Shown: positions 62,424-64,000 of the stretch, piece after piece
Position numbering within the stretch: the stretch's first letter is position 1
How the letters are laid out: each line of letters begins with the position of its first letter
NCBI RefSeq assembly: GCF_016433145.1
Contig: NC_058130.1
Coordinates: 406,302,524 to 406,366,523 of the forward strand
Length of the DNA: 64,000 nt
Reading direction: 5' to 3'
From: Gracilinanus agilis
Lineage: Eukaryota
Position numbers and translations under genes: made by a program
Notes under the pieces: model-generated
Databases searched by the model: none
Told to the model about the DNA's origin: nothing
Seen by the model: only the letters and a program-made list of their open reading frames with translations

Positions 62424-62600
62424 AGGCAGCCAGATGGTACAATGGATAGAGATCCAGGCCTGGAGATAGGAGGTCTTGGATTCAAAACTGGCCTCAGATA
62501 CTTTCTAATTGTGTGATGCTGGGCAAGTCACATAATCCCAAATGCCTAGCCCTTACCACTCTTCTGTCTTGAGAATGTCACTATGATAGAAGGTAAGAGT
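62424..62600 (+). mobile_element. Opossum CORE-SINE (SINE1_Mdo-like)
   Basis: Head, CORE and GCCCTTACCACTCTTCTG tail. Confidence 0.82.
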
Positions 62601-64000
62601 TTGGTTTTGTTTTAATTACTTTTTTTAAGTAGAAAGTCGCTTCTACTACAGACCATGCTGCAAAAATTCAGAAGATGGCTAAAACTGTGGGATGAGCCCT
62701 TAATGTTCCTCAAATGGAGTGCCCTTTGCACCTACCATCTCTCCATGTCCCAACTGAATCTCTCCTATTCATTCAGCCAGCCAGGACCAACTCAAATGGC
62801 ATTAGACTTTCCCTTGTCCCTTCCCTACAAGCAGAATATAGCCCTGAGGGCAAGGATTGTTTCATTTTTGTCTTTTTATCCTTAGCACTGGGTAGACCTA
62901 GAACACTACAAACCAATAGACACTCAATAAATATTCACCCAATTGAACTGAACTCATCTAGGTCTTTGTTTATTTCTCTTACTATACTTTTTCATTCTAC
63001 CTTGTATTATAATTATTGATGTATTCCACTCACCTCACCTACCTTACTTTGCTTTACCTTACTAAGAGGTTCCACCTTAGTTATCTTTGAGATGGAAATC
63101 TTTGCAAATAATGGAATTGGAGTCAAGAGTATATAGACAGAATGGATGGATGGATGGATGGATGAGTAAATGAGCCTAGTTCAATCATTTTAAAATTATA
63201 ACACCTTTGGGTCCCTGTAGTCTCCTGGGGGGAAAACTGTCCTAGGAATGACAAGCAGAGATGAGACTAGGCTTAGGCATGGCGGCAGCCAACTCTAGTG
63301 CAATAAGTAGTAGAGTTTCAATGAGGATCACTTGCTAATATTACCTTTTATAAAAGTGATTATTTTTTAATGCCAGAAAGTTCTGCTCTCCATGGCACTT
63401 ATTTTGTGACAAATCATGTCCCATTTGGAATCAGAAGACCCAGGTTTAGATCTGAGGCTCTGCCACTTACTACCTGAGAGGCCTTGGACAAATCATCTTT
63501 CTCCCCATGGCCCTTCTTCAACTGTTTGGACAAGATGACTTCCAAGTTTTATTTCAACTCTAAACCAATCCATTGGATGGATAGTGGGGGAATTATTTTG
63601 TAGGGAATGGGGACAAATTTTCAGAATTACTAAGGGATCACAAATGTTTTGCCCCCATTTGGAGACAAGACCTGTTTTCTTTTCACTGCCTAGTTATATT
63701 ATTTTGGGCAAGTCATCTAAACCCCCTTTGTACCTCCATTTCCCCAGTTGTAGAATCAGAATAATAATGTCTTTGGCAGATGAGCTGAAGATTAATTAGT
63801 GGTTTGGTTTGTTTTAAATTGCTAAAGTCCCTAGAAATCCTTGGAGGGCATAAATGAATTATTATCACCATTGTTGCTATTTTTCTTCATTTTAGAAGTA
63901 GGGAAACATGGGCCCTGAGCAGATAATAGAATCACAGCTTGTGAGAACAGGAAAGGCCCTTAAGATATCATCTAACCCAATCTGTTAATTTTATAGATGA

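Overview
This is eukaryotic, repeat-dense genomic DNA from a didelphid marsupial, most likely Monodelphis domestica. The assignment rests on many copies of the opossum-type CORE-SINE (SINE1_Mdo-like), MAR1 SINEs, marsupial L1 3' ends and sized N gaps. I recognise no protein-coding exon, RNA gene, CRISPR array or prokaryotic system. The supplied ORFs are chance ORFs, microsatellite read-through, gap-spanning ORFs or decayed retroelement RT. The window looks intronic or intergenic. It contains about 27 opossum-type SINEs, 6 MAR1 SINEs, many MIR/L2/CR1(L3) relics, several L1 pieces, a ~1 kb degraded RTE-clade RT, seven hAT-type MITEs, simple and tandem repeats, a CpG-island-like patch near 38 kb and several repeat-free enhancer-like islands. 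Four things stand out. (i) An unexplained fold-back array of a ~55-bp unit carrying TTCTTGGAA (STAT5/GAS-type motif), separated by microsatellite spacers, at 56.2-57.5 kb. (ii) A strong + strand bias of the A-tailed SINEs, about 23:4. (iii) A 44-bp minisatellite expanded inside a Charlie1 MITE. (iv) A young-looking hAT MITE with a perfect TSD. Repeat family names come from recalled consensus sequences, not database searches. Boundaries are approximate unless a TSD is given.
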